Shown in pieces: positions 50,460-63,469 of a DNA stretch of 64,000 bases. The DNA lies in assembly GCF_030028105.1 (NCBI RefSeq), contig NC_092385.1, positions 77,142,747-77,206,746 of the forward strand, given 5' to 3'. Within the stretch, counting starts at the first letter, position 1, and the number at the start of each line of letters is the position of its first letter. Origin of the DNA: Mobula birostris. Lineage: Eukaryota. Below the pieces are notes generated by a model that was not told the DNA's origin, did not search any database, and was given only the letters and a program-made list of their open reading frames with translations. Both the position numbers and the translations under genes were made by a program.

Positions 50460-51588
50460 CACGAGGAAATCTGCAGATGCTGGAAATTCAAGCAACACAC
50501 ACAAAATGCTGGTGGAACGCAGGCCAGACAGCATCTATAGGAAGAAGCACAGTCGATGTTTCGGGCCGAGACCCTTCGTCAGGACTAATTGAAAGAAGAG
50601 ATAGTAAGAGATTTGAAAGTGGGAGGGGGAGGGGGAGATCTGAAATGATAGGAGAAGACAGGAGGGGAAGGGATGGAGCCAAGAGCTGGACAGGTGATTG
50701 GCAAAAGGAATACAAGGCTGGAGAAGGGAGAGGATCATGGGATGGGAGGCCTAGGGAGAAAGAAAGGGGGAGGGGAGCACCAGAGGAAGATGGAGAGCAG
50801 GCAAGGAGTTATTGTGAGAGGGACAGAAAGAGAAAAGAGAGAGAGCGAAAAAAAGGGGGAAAATAATAAATAAATAAATAAATGAATAAATAAAGATGGG
50901 ATGGGGTAAGAACAGGAGGTGGGGCATTAGCGGAAGTTTGAGAAGTCAATGTTCATGCCGTCAGGTTGGAGGCTACCCAGAAAGGTGTTGTTCCTCCAAC
51001 CTGAGTGTGGCTTCATCTTGACAGTAGAGGAGGCCGTGGATAGACATGTCAGAATGGGAATGGGACTGTCAAGATGAAGCTGCACTCAGGTTGGAGGAAC
51101 AACACCTTATATTCTGTCTAGGTAGCCTCCAACCTGATAGCATGAACATTGACTTCTCTAACTTCCGCTAATGCCCCACCTCCTCCTCGTACCCCATCCG
51201 TTATTTATCTATTTATTTATTTATTATTCTTCCCCTTTTTTTGCTCTCTCTTTTTTATCTCTCTGTCCCTCTCACAATAACTCCTTGACTGCTCTTCATC
51301 TTCCTCTGGCGCTCCCCTCCCCCTTTCTTTCTCCCTAGGCCTCCCGTCCCATGGTCCTTTCCCTTCTACAGCCTTGTATCCCTTTTGTCAATCAACTTTC
51401 CAGCTCTTAGCTCCATCCCTCCCCCTCCTGTCTTCTCCTATCATTTCGGATCTCCCCCTCCCCTCCCACTTTCAAATCTCTTACTACCTCTTCTTTCAGT
51501 TAGTCCTGACAAAGGGTCTTGGCCGGAAACGTTGACTGTGCTTCTTCCTATGGATGCTGTCTGACCTGCTGCATTCCACCAGCATTTT
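50460..51588. mobile_element. Penelope-like element, inverted-duplicate insertion with 17-bp TSD
   Basis: Arms about 50503-51024 and 51065-51589; GIY-YIG C-terminus CQDEAALRLEEQHLIFCLGSLQPDSMNIDFSNFR*; TSD ggatccattgatgtcaa / gggtccattgctgtcaa. Confidence 0.88.
50550..50587 (-). ncRNA. Minimal type I hammerhead ribozyme motif (best-preserved copy)
   Basis: UAGUC-CUGACGA-A-GGGUCUCGGCCC-GAAAC-AUC-GACUG: stem I, intact core, stem II and an NUH site. Confidence 0.65.
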
Positions 51589-54289
51589 GGGTCCATTGCT
51601 GTCAATAGGGGTTAGCCTGTTTCCATTCCTTCTGTAGTCCACAACCAGCTCCTTTGTTTTTGCAACATTGAGGGAGAGGTTATTTCCTTGACACCACTGT
51701 GTCAGGGTGATGACTTCCTCTCTGTAGGCTGCCTCATTATTATTTGAGATTAGGCCAATCAGTGTACTGTCATCAAGCAAATTTATTTAGCAGATTGGAG
51801 CTGTGGGAGGTGACACAGTCATGGGTATACAGAGAGTAAAGGAGGGGGCTTAGGATGCAGCCCTGAAGGGCAGCTGTATTAAGGGTCAGAGGTGAGGGAG
51901 CCCACTCTTACCACCTGCCGGTGATCTGACAGGAAGTCTAGGATCCAGCTACACAAGGCAGGCTGAAGGCTGAGGTCTCTGAACTTCTTGTTGATCCTGG
52001 GGGGAATTATGGTGTTGAATGCTGTACTGTAGTCCAAGAACAGCATTCTCACATAAACATCCTTCTTCTCCAGATGTGTAAGGAAGGTGAGCAGAGCTGT
52101 GGCTATTGCGTCATCTGTTGATCGGTTGGGTCGGTAGGTGAACTGTAGGGGTCCAGTGTGGGTGGTAGCAAGCTGCAGATGTAATCCTTGACCAGCCTCT
52201 CAAAGCATTCGCTTATTATTGAGCCAGTCATTCAGACATGTTATCTTGGTCTTTTTAGGTACAGGAACAATGGTGGGTGTGATTCACAAATTAAAATTCA
52301 CAGTTAAATTGATCAAAATCCTTGGTTGTAATACTTATTTATGTGAACGAAGGTTTGGGGGCTGAATAGTTTTCCAGCACACTGTTTTTATATGTACTGA
52401 ATATGTTTATAGTTGAGATGCATTCTATATTGAATTGGAGTTTATATCTAAGCAGGGAGGCATGTTGTGTATTTAATATTTCTGTAGTATTGTAAATTTA
52501 TTTGATTAAGCATTCCTTGTTTACATAATTCATTATGGGTTATATGTAAAAGTACGTGAATGGCAAGTGGCATCATGTCACCACGTCACCACATAGGTGG
52601 CTCGCTTAAAGTAAAAATGAAACTAAGGTACAAGCATTATGGACACCCATCTTTTTCTTTTAATTAGTTTTATGTTTGGAGTTACAAAGCATCTCAGAGA
52701 GTATATCTGAACACACTGCATCTTGAACCTTGAAGTAGATGGGTCACAGCAGCAGAAGACCATGACCATGAACACTCAGTGCCAGCTTTTTGGTTGCAGG
52801 TGGTACCTCAAAGTGGCTACCAAGTTTTGATTAAAGATGTTGAAAGTAATACTTATTCAATGTATAGGACACAGAGAAGCATTTACATCCCGTCTCAGTA
52901 TTATCTGCACTAGCATCACCTTGTAAGGTTGATCGACTGAGTTCCAGACTCAGGATATTCTTATGTGTTGCTTCAAGGTTTGAGATGTCTGTTTATATAT
53001 TCTGTTCAGTTTTTTCACGCTGCAAGCACTGTGCTCAGAGGTGTGCAGTGTATTGGATATCAAACTTTGGTTGTCTTTTTGTGAATTCTTCAGGAATCCC
53101 CTTTGATGTCTCAATCATGAGGCACTGACCTTGTCTCTCCTTATCCATCTTCTTTTTATCATGTATATTCATTATAAATAATTCCTTAACTATCCAAAGC
53201 TTCAGTTTGTTCTGATACTGACATTCCTGTCTCTCTTTACTCTGTCACCTTTGGTGTTAAGATAATCGCCGACACCTTGCCTCACTAACATATTAGACGA
53301 TATTTGTGACCACCTGTTCAGGCTTCGTCCATTGTTCCTTTATTTCTTTGCATCGTGTACCAATCTGACTATCGTACTTTATTTCTGCTGTCTTCTACAA
53401 CATAATTATTGCTATTGCTGTCCGAGTTAGTTAATACTAGATGGAAGATATAATTTTTCCCCACCTGTTTGACAAATGAAGCTTCCATAATAATTCAAAG
53501 TAAGTTACATTCTCATGGGCATAGCTGAACATTCTCATGGGCATAGTAGGTTACAGGTAAAATTAGAGGATGACATTGCTGTATGAGGCAGCATAAACTC
53601 AGTCAGCTGAACAGCCTCCTTCTATTTCATGAGGGAATTGAGAAACCAATGCTCCTTTTGTATTTCCTACAAAAGTTGCATTTTGCACCTTTTGCATTCC
53701 TTTGTGTAGTCTCTGCCTAAATATTTCATTTCATAATCATTGTGTTTTCTTGTAAATATTGTGATTCATTTATGTTTTTTTCTCTTGCGAATAGGGCTTA
53801 TATGTTACTATATGTCTGGGATGTTGCTGCAAGCGTTTTTCATCGCACTTGTCCATGACATTAAACTCGATATTGACTTTTCTTTTAAAACTTGTTTGAT
53901 GTAATCAAGCACATGCTACTGACATATTTGGATAAGTCTATTTACAGCAATTGGAAGTCTACATTTATTATCGGAGTCTTCTCAAGTTCAATTTTATTGT
54001 CATGGGAATACCATGAGAATGTGTTTTTTTGCAGCAACAGTACTGTATATTACACAAACATCCCTCCGTGTGTCGCGTGTTAACGCAAACAGAACATTAA
54101 ACTGCATGCTTCAATTTAATGAGATAAATACATCTGAATCTGAAATTATGCATAACTTACACGACCAAATAAACGCAAAGCAAACATAACAACTTCTCAG
54201 ATAAATGAAATTATCAATAGCGAGGGAGAAAAACGTTCTCTCTCATTCTTTGGTCGCCTGTTATCTGAAGAATGGTTCATTGATTCTCT

Positions 54290-54593
54290 TCCGTCCAGTG
54301 ATAAGCGACTTCGCCGCGGTACGCGGGCGGGCTGGCTCCCTCGCTTGTTCTCAATTGGTCAGCGTTACCTCGCAATCCCGCCCCCCCGCCTCCTGCGATA
54401 GGACGGAGCGATCGCAGCCTGTTTCCCTGAATGGTAAGGAGCCAAGAGCCCCGCCCCGCCGGTGGGTCCATGACGTCATTGCGGCAGCAGCCCGGGGCAA
54501 TCACTAGATGGGGCGAGAGGTAGAGTGAGAGTCTCCGTCCTCCAGCGCACACGGGGAACTGTCACTCTCTGCATCGGATACAAATAAACGCAG
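54290..54593 (+). promoter_or_regulatory. CAMK1: CAMK1 CpG-island promoter and non-coding exon 1
   Basis: GC boxes, perfect CRE TGACGTCA at 54471-54478, strong donor CAG|gtaaga after 54593. Confidence 0.75.
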
Positions 54594-54884
54594 GTAAGAA
54601 GCATTGCATCTGAATTATTATTTTTTTTTTGTTGCAGCGAGCGATCGTGGACGTTTCTTGAAAGAGAGCTCTTGTCGAATTCATATTTGGGTGCATCTCT
54701 TAAAGCGGGTCTGAAGGGATCATGTTTGTTTCTTTGCTTCGGTAGCGATCGTGGAACGAGCACCTTTGGAGTCTTCAGCTGGAGGCTGAGTCTCCTTTGC
54801 TGACTGTATGCAGTGCAAGTAAAACCGAATATGATTCCTCCGCTCTGTTTTTCAGTGGAGAGAGCAGCAGTCTGCCTACATAGG

Positions 54885-54967
54885 ATGCCTCTAGGAGAGA
54901 TGGATAAAACATGGAAAAAGAAGGAGGAAATTAGAGTTGCGTACGAATTCAAGGAAGTCCTGGGAAC
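54885..54967 (+). CDS. CAMK1: CAMK1 first coding exon (calcium/calmodulin-dependent protein kinase I)
   Basis: MPLGEMDKTWKKKEEIRVAYEFKEVLG(T)|gtgagt, 83 nt, phase 2; acceptor tttttcag at 54855; matches CaMKI N-termini and TADA3-CAMK1 synteny; not in the ORF track. Confidence 0.88.
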
Positions 54968-57900
54968 GTGAGTACAATCCAAATGTTTATTGGGTTTTAA
55001 TCGGGTTTCGGGTTTAGGAATTGATTATATTTGTTTGTTGGAAGACGTTAAGATTTTGTACCAGGATCTGAGTGGAATCACATTCTAAAATATATGTCCT
55101 GCTGTCCTGCGAGATTGGCGAGAACGTCTCAAACTTCCGTAATTTCGAGGTTATTCTCTTTGAGCTTGAGTCTTAAAACGAGATGGAAGGGGGCCGTGTT
55201 TGGATCGGTGGCATCCTGATTCTACCTCTACAGAGAGCCGTTTCCAAGTTGGTTACACTGTGTTGTATGGATGGACCCCCGTGAGAAACAATGGTCGCCA
55301 TTGCGTTACTGCTGGGACATCTTCAGACTGATTAACTCGCCCATCTCACCAAGTACTTGGATTTACTGTCCTTTGACAAGCGAGAGTGACCTGGAGGGAA
55401 CGCCTGCAGCGACGCAGAGACAACTACTGAAGTACAGAATGCTGGAATTAAAGTTAGTTTAACAGGCAGACGAAAGCATTTTTTTTTCTAGTCTACATGC
55501 CACTATCATTATATCTAAGTGCCGAAGGAAAGTTGCAGCTTTGAAGCCTGTTAGGCTGACTTTAACTCCAGCGCCCAAAATTGCATCTTATCTTTATCAT
55601 AGGATTTAGAGAGAATTTCCAGAGACCGTTTAGATTACTTTAAATCTTTGGTTGCTGCATCTTTCTCAGCTATTGTTTTGTATCCTGAGGCACATGCTCA
55701 AACCTTTCTTATTCTTGCCACAGCACTGAAATCTTGTTATTGTCCTTCCTCATTTTGTGTGAGTTGTTGGTGTTGAAAATTGAAACCGTCTCCCCTCCAC
55801 TACGCAGCGGGTAGGACTACGTTTGGCGGGTTCAATTGAATTTTGTCTAGCCAAGGCTAAAGAATCACTTACAATGGTTTTCACCTCTGGAGCTTTACTA
55901 TTGTTCACCTTTCTCCACTCCCGTCACTACACTTGCGTTATCTTCACATCCACATGCTGATGCCCAGTAGTTGATTAAAAATGGCCAGCTCCATCAGCAG
56001 AACAGATCACACTCTCACCACTGCCTTGGGGAGGAAGTGCTGGAGCCTTAGGTCCCACACCATCAGGTTCAGGAAGTTATTGACCTGCAACCATCAGGCT
56101 CCTGAACCAGCGCGGGTAACTTCATTTACTTCAACACTGAAGTGGGTCCACAACCTATGGATTCACTTTCAAGGACTCCACGCTGATGTTTTCAGATTTA
56201 TTTATTTCTTTGTTTTTGCATTTTGCACAGTTTGTCTTTTGCATATTTGTTGTCAGTCAGTCTGTGTGTAGTCTTTCGTTGATTCTACTGAGAATGCCTG
56301 CAGGGAAACGAATCTCAGGGTAGGATATGGTGACGTATACATGCTTTGATAATAAATTTTCTTTGAATGTTGAATATGTTCCATTGAATACTGATATTAA
56401 TGGTATTACGTAACAAAATGTAAGGTGAGACTACAAGTTACATGTCTTACAAGAAATGTGAAACTACAAGTTTAGCCAAGAAGGGAATGTTAAGATTCTG
56501 GGCTTTGCCGGTTGGAGCTGCGGCTGCCCGTGGTAGAGTGATTGCTGGGATGGAATGAGCTAGCAGCCAGAATTAAAGGATGATGGATCTCTTGGATTGT
56601 AAAACAGCTGGGGGAGACGACAGATATGTTGAGCCTAGGAGCCTGGAAGCAGAGCTGAAATGTAAGATCAGGGTATGGCTTGACTGAGATTCAGTGTTGA
56701 TTAGCAAAAGTGTGATGAATGAAGGGGACAACATACAAAATATGGTAGCAGAATTTTGAATAACCTTAGGTTTGCGAAGAGTAGAATAAATGAAGCTGGA
56801 GTGTATCAGAGTAGTCCAACCAAAATGTAATAAAAGCATGAGCAAAATTTTCCTCAATTAAAAGTGGCACAGGCAAAAGACCGTTTTTTTTTCTATTCCA
56901 CACACAAATTTCCCTTTCCTATCTCCATCCATTTCTCTTATTACTGTTTTATAACAGGAAGATCAGTTGGGAATTTGTATCAGTTTCCATAACTATCTTG
57001 AACAGGTTATTATTACATTGAAACCCCTTTGAACATGATTCTGGTCTCTGCATATGTTTAAAAAAATCATTTGTAGAAAAATAATCAAATCTTAATTTTG
57101 TTTAGTCCCCACGTTTGTGTATAGAAACTCTACACTGCTAGTATGTTTGCATTGTGCTAGGCTGCAAATATTTAGTATTCCTTTTGAGCATTTTTCTGTT
57201 TCCAGTTCATATATTGCATACTTGTTTAGATCCACATGATTATCTTTAATTATTTCAAAAGACTCACAAATAGAGTCAGCCGAAGTGTCTGGCAGGCTAT
57301 GAAGAATTATCTTTTGTCTAACGGTTTTGCACAAACAGCACGACAAATATTCCATGAGCTGCTGAATTCATGTTTTTATTACAAAAATTAACCAAATTTC
57401 AAGTGAAGAGACCCTTGTTTCCAATTACTTGTGTACAATGCCCTTTAGGCAATAATACAAGAGAAGGGCGAAATCAAAATTGGAGAAAGAAATCACTGGT
57501 TGATTAGTTCTTATGAATAAAGTTTCATGCTGCTGAAAGACATTATGAACTCTATGTTTGAAGGCTAAATGGATATGATGTGCTCAGTTTGAATCTGGAA
57601 ATACAAGAGGTTCTGCAGATGCTGGAAGTCTAGAACAGCACGTTCAAAATGTTGGAGGAATGCAACAGGTCAGGCAGCATCTGTTGAAGAGGAATAAACA
57701 GTTGATGTTTCAGCGGAAACCTTTCATCAGCACATAGAATCTGAAAATGTGCTTTATGTGCACAGTTAAATGAAAGTAAACTCCATGTAATTTCAAACTG
57801 ACAATTGTCATGGACGTAATGGATGTACCAACCTTTGGAAAATAAAGATAAAAGGTGAAGATTTTATTTAAGCACCTGATAGCATTTATATTTGCAAGTG

Positions 57901-58679
57901 CAGACAGTAATAGCTTTTCTACTGTAGCCCTTAATCTGCTGTTCCTCTTAATATGAGATTTAACTTACTAAAAAGCAGGCTGTGATTGAAATGTATGAAA
58001 AGCATTCTATCCTGGATTTATCTGAAATGACATAGAAAATTAAATTATTGCTTAGTTGTTAAGGTAAATATAAAAACCCTCTGGGACAAGAATATTTGAT
58101 ATACATTTTTTTGCAATGCTGTTGTGATATGAAGCAGTTGAAATTGTTTACACGTTATTTTTAAAAGATCTGTCTTATTTGAAGACAGCTGATGTTTGCA
58201 CAATATAAATTGACTGCAGGACATGCAATACAAAGAATCTCAGGGTTGTATGTGGTGACATGTATGCACTGTGATTATAGATTTTTCTTTGAACTTTGGA
58301 AATAAAGTTCTGTTGCTGCACATTAAATGCTATATAATGTGACTTACACTGAAGGGTTAACATATCTTTCTCTTTGGCCAAGTTACAAAACATTCATTGG
58401 GGAAAATTCAATGAGCTGGAGAAAATAGAATTTTTAGCATAAAGAAAAAATGTTTTCCTTTAGTTTGTTCTCACTGGAAATGTTTTTTATTCTTTAAATC
58501 TAAAGGATTACTAAGTCTATTAATAAATCCTTTCTGCTTGCATCAGTGCCAATTTCTCTATAATTCCTACTCTTTGGATCACAGATATGTAAAAACAGCA
58601 TTGTTTTTACTTGATCTGTGTTCAACAAAATATAATTTAAAAAACACTTTAGTTGGGAACCTCTGTCTATCTGTTTCTT

Positions 58680-58703
58680 TCTCTCTCTCTCTCTCTCTCT
58701 CTC
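58680..58703. repeat. (CT)n microsatellite
   Basis: Direct observation. Confidence 0.9.
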
Positions 58704-59684
58704 TGTTGCTCTGTCTCTCCTTTCTCTATCTTAGCTTTTCTTGTCTTTTCTTCCTTTTTACGCACTGCCCTCTCTCAGAAAAATTGTGTCTTTATCCCCT
58801 TCAGCCTGTGGTTTCCAGTATATCCAGGACTCAATGCCTTTTTATTCTGGCACTTAATAAATTGATAGGAATTATTTTATTTGTTGTTTGTTTTAGTCTT
58901 ACCCACATTGTGTAGCTGACTATTGGAAATAGATATTATTTCTTAAGCTTCTTGCTTTTCAGCTTTTTGGCTGCACCCCAGCAGGTTAATGAGATCATCC
59001 GGCAACATCTGCTCTGTTCTCTCTTCCGCCCAGCGTGTTGACCAGGCAGTCTGCTTCTACCTGGTCTTCTCTCAGAAGCTGGCTGAGATCAGAAACTCAG
59101 TGGAAAGGGTGCTTAAAGCATGACCATTCTACTCTACATTACTGAACAGTCCCTGGTTATTTTCAATTCTGCGGAACTAAAATAATACTTATTTGCACGT
59201 AGGCTCCACCAAAGTATAGGTCAATATCACGGATACTCATCTCTGATTGAACTTTCCCTTCCTCCTCAAGACTAATAAACTGAGAGAGGCAATGCACTTC
59301 AGACAAAATCAAAGTTTGAAAACTGAGACCTGAGGTGACATTTACCACGTTTATACTTCAGCTTTGTTGTTGAGCTGGCCAGGAAATTATTCCAAGCATA
59401 TGCTTTTCATTATATTTTTGGTCTCAGTTGAAACATAGATACCTTGACTTTTAACACTGTTTTTAAAATTGTATGTTTTTGTGCATTCCGCTGTCCGTCC
59501 TCTTTACCAAAAAATTTTGATTTTTTTGCTTATCAGTGTTATGGAGACGACAGCAACATGCAGTTTTGCAGTATTCTTCTGTATAATCTACATTGTCCTT
59601 AGGCAATTTATCTGTTAATGTTCTGTTAATTTCCTAGCGCTGTCTCACAAGTTTCGGCCAGCTACTTTCTACCACTACATAGGA

Positions 59685-60145
59685 TCATATGACATAGAAG
59701 CAGAATAAGGCCACTCAGCCCATCAAGCCTGCTGTGCCATTTCCATCATGGTTGATTCATTATGCCACTTAACCCCATTCTCCTGTCTTCTCTGCGTAAC
59801 CCTTGATACCGTTATTATTCAAGAATCTATCAACCTCCGCTTTAAATATACTCAACGACTTAGCCTCCACAGCCATCTGTGGCAACAAATTCCACAGATT
59901 CACCACTCTCTGGCTAAAAATTTCCTCCTCATCTCTGTTCTCAAAGTACATCCTTCTATTCTGAGGCTGTGCTCTCTGGTCCGAGACTCCCACACTATGA
60001 GAAACATCCACTCTATCTAGGCCTTTCAATATTTGATAGTTTTCAATGAAATCTCCCATCATTCTTCTAAACTCCACTAAATACAGTCTCAGAGCCATCA
60101 AATGCTTCTCATATGTTAACCCTTTCTTTTCTAGGATCATATCCA
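59685..60145 (-). mobile_element. CR1 3' fragment
   Basis: EFRRMMGDFIE...FSQRVVNLWNLLP. Confidence 0.8.
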
Positions 60146-60827
60146 TGTACTGATCACAGAAATTAATAGATGATGTGCTTTTTTTCTTTCTTTATAACCC
60201 ATAACTTGTCTATAACACGAAAAGGTATGTAAAAATCCTTTTGATAGAGTTGCTTCTGGAGGTTGAATTTTAAATTTACATTTACACTTTGCTTGGAGCT
60301 GTTTTGTATACGGACACTTTTTTCATTGGGCTAATAATTTTGTTGAGACAGGGATGAGTTTCAAGAAATATTTTAACAATTGGATTTCGTTTGCCCTAAT
60401 TTTGTGTCCTGATTGGGACAGTGAAAGGGCAGACCGTTCAGGAAGAAATTGGAAATCTAAAAGGGACTTCCCAGGACTGCACTGGTTAGATGTCAGTGGG
60501 AATTATGCAAAGTAAAGTTATGATTCCTGAATTTAAAGGCAGAGAAGGGATGCTTCAGCAAAGTATTAAAGCACGATGAAGGTGGGCGTAGCAAAGGTAT
60601 TTCCTGTTGTTAGGGGCCCAAGGACTAAAGCCGCCTGCTGAAGGATCTGGGCCCAAAACGTTGACTGTTTACTCTTTTCCACTGACGCTGCCTGGCCTGC
60701 TGAGTTCCTCCAGCATCTTGTGTCTGTTGCTTTGATTTCCGGCATCAGCAGATTTTCTCTTGTTTGGGATTCAAAAAGATTAGAATCAGACTTTTCAGGA
60801 ATGAACTTAGCAAGCACTTCTATTTGC

Positions 60828-62205
60828 ATAGAAACATAGAAAACCTACAGCACAATACAGGCCCTTTGGCCACAATGCTGTGCCGAACAGTATTTACTTT
60901 AGAAATTACCTAGGGTTACCCATAGCCCTCTATTTTTCTGAGCTCCATGTACCTATCCAGCAGCCTCTTAAAAGACCCTATCGTATCCACCTCCACCACC
61001 ATGGCCGGCAGCCCATTCCACACACTCACTACTCTCTGCTTTTTTTTAAAGAAAACTTACCCCTGACATTTTCAGCCCTGGGAAAAAGCCTCTGACTATC
61101 CACACCATCAATGCCTCTCAACATCTTATACATCTCTATCAGGTCACTTCTCATCCTCTGTCGCTCCAAGGAGAAAAGGCCGAGTTCACTCAACCTATTC
61201 TCCTAAGGCACGTTCCCCAGTCCAGGCAACATCTTTGTAAATCTCCTCTGTACCCTTTCGATAGTTTCCATGTCCTTCCTGTAGTGAGGCGACCAGAACT
61301 GAGCACAGTACTCCAAGTGGGGTCTGACCAGGGTCCTATATTGCAGTAACATTACCTCTCGGCTCTTGAACTCAATCCCACGATTGCTGAAGGCCAATGC
61401 ACCGTATGCCTTCTTAACCACAGAGTCAACCTGCACAGCAGCTTTGAGTGTCCTATGGACTCGGACCCCAAGATCCCTCTGATCCTCCACACTGCCAAGA
61501 GTCTTACCATTAATACTATATTAATAAAGTATAGTATTAATTAATAGCTACCACTGCTACTATGCGATCGAGAATCTCTGGAGGGGAAGGCCCCAGATCC
61601 TCGGCTTTGCCTATTGCCTGTTGCCGGGGCCGGGGTCGAAGCACTTGGCAGAGATGGTGCTTGGTGTTTGGTGTTGGAGGGCTGGTCGGAGCCTTGAAGT
61701 TTTCGGGCGGACTCGAGTCGGCTGTGGTCTGGTGCTTCCAGGGTGCTGCATTGGCAAGTTTGCGGTGCTGGAAGCTCATGGCAGGGAGAGTTTTTCTTCC
61801 TTCTACTGTCTGCGTGAGATGATGGGACTTTCGAGAGACTTTGAGACTTTTTTTTACTGTGCCCATGGTCTGTTCTTTATCAAATTACAGTATTGCTTTG
61901 CACTGTTGTAACTATATGTTATAATTATGGGGTTTTTGTCAGTTTTTCAGTCTTGGTTTGTCCTCTGTTTCTGTGATATCATTCTGGAGGAACATTGTAT
62001 CATTTCTTAATACATGCATTACTAAATGACAATAAAAGTGGACTGCGTGTCCTCATAATCTAATCTAATCTAATATTCTGTCATCATATTTGACCTACCA
62101 AAGTGAACCACCTCACACTTATCTGGGTTGAACTCTATCTGCCACTTCTCAGCCCAGTTTTGTCATCCTATCGATGACAGCCCTCCACACTATCCACAAC
62201 ACCTT
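60828..62205 (-). mobile_element. CR1 3' fragment, split by a plus-strand retroposon at about 61535-62073
   Basis: DQRDLGVRVHRTLK...RPHLEYCAQFWSP; the insert has an (aatct)n tail. Confidence 0.8.
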
Positions 62206-63469
62206 CAACCTTGGATGGATAAATTTGGATATCTCTCAGCAAATTCCTGTTGATGCCAAGTCAATTTCTAATTTTCAATTTGTAATTGTTAACTGACAGC
62301 CAACAGAAAGGTTTACTCCTCTTATTGTGTATATCACTGAGAATTCCAGAATTTATTGTTTAACTTCCTTGCCATAGTGTGTTCCTTTTTGTGAACTAAT
62401 GCGTTCCCTTTGGTGAAAGTGCTCTCACAATGATACTGGTTCAGCAGTTCCAGAATTTAGATCACAGCAACCATAAAAGGATTGTGATACGTAGTTTGAA
62501 CACAAGACATTCTGCAGATGCTGGAAATCCAGAGCAAAACACACAAAATGCCAGAGGAACTCAGCAGGTCAGGCGGCATCAATGGAGAGGTATAGAGAGT
62601 CAACGTTTTGGGCCAAGACTCTTCAGGTGGACTTTGAAGGGAACCTAAAGGTGGTGGTATTTCTATGCGCTACAGTAGCTGTCTCAGTCCCCTTGGTGAC
62701 AGAGGTTGTGGAGCTGGAAGGGCAGGTGGAACAGCCTAGGAAGTCATGGTAGTTGTGGTGCTGAGCAAAGGTGCGATGGTGGATGGCGTTGAAATCGTGG
62801 ACGGGTTCGTAGTGGCGGATGCGATCGCATAGACGCACACTTCATTGTCTTTACTCTAGGCTTTCTTGGATGCTGTTGGAGTTGCACTCAAGTGGACAAG
62901 TCAGGTACCCCTGACAAATGCCTTATCGCGTGGAAAGGTTTTGGGAGGGTCAAAAAGTGAGTGGTACTTCGAGGGACTGAGCCTCAGGGTTGTTCTTAAG
63001 CCTCATCGTTTTTTGTGGCTGTGTCAACCAAGTCTCTGGTGGCGACCTTAGGATATTGTTGGTGGTAGAATCAGAAATGGTATTACCATTGAACATCAGC
63101 GTTAGGGGCCAGATCCTCTTTTTTTTGGGCTGATCGTTGCTTGGCACTGTAGTGGCATTATTGCAGTCCTGATGTAGGGTTCTCAGCTCAAAGCATCAAC
63201 TGTTTAATTCCCTCCAGAGCTGCTGCCTGACCTGCTGAGCTCCTCCACTGTATGTTGCTCAAGTGTTTAGCTTCTGCAGAATCTTTTGTGTTTGCAGTGA
63301 CATTATTGTTACTTGCCAGAATATTTCATGCAAGCATGTGCTTTAGAATTAGAAGCAAATAGAATTGAATATTGTGCATTGTGTAAGATCAACAACTTCT
63401 CATGCTAACTCAGATTTTCCTTTCTTTCTCCACGGTTGCTGCCCCACCTGCCTGCTCTTGTATTTCAGG

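Larger units (their letters stand above)
49801..52277 (-). mobile_element. Rex1/Babar LINE inserted into the Tc1 right TIR
   Basis: DDSTLIGLISNNNEAAYREEV, FKFLGIHT, YRGTIESTLTGCITAWYG; (ttcaa)n tail. Confidence 0.85.
48425..52384 (+). mobile_element. Tc1 element with long IR/DR-type TIRs and an internal inversion
   Basis: TIR agtgccttgaaaaagtattcagcccc / ggggctgaatagttttccagcacactg; transposase motifs [31 protein letters not shown]. Confidence 0.85.
44205..52696 (+). mobile_element. Decayed Gypsy (Mag-like) LTR retrotransposon with both LTRs
   Basis: LTRs at about 44205-44667 and 52463-52696; PPT agcagggagg; gag (EHLEPKPLLIADCFRF), double CCHC (CYHCGRGSH..CRKCHKVGH), protease (NGKLIKMELDLG), RT (YLQMELDEESK..YNRLTFGVASA); imperfect 5-bp TSD aagaa/gagag in a Tc1 remnant. 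Confidence 0.88.
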
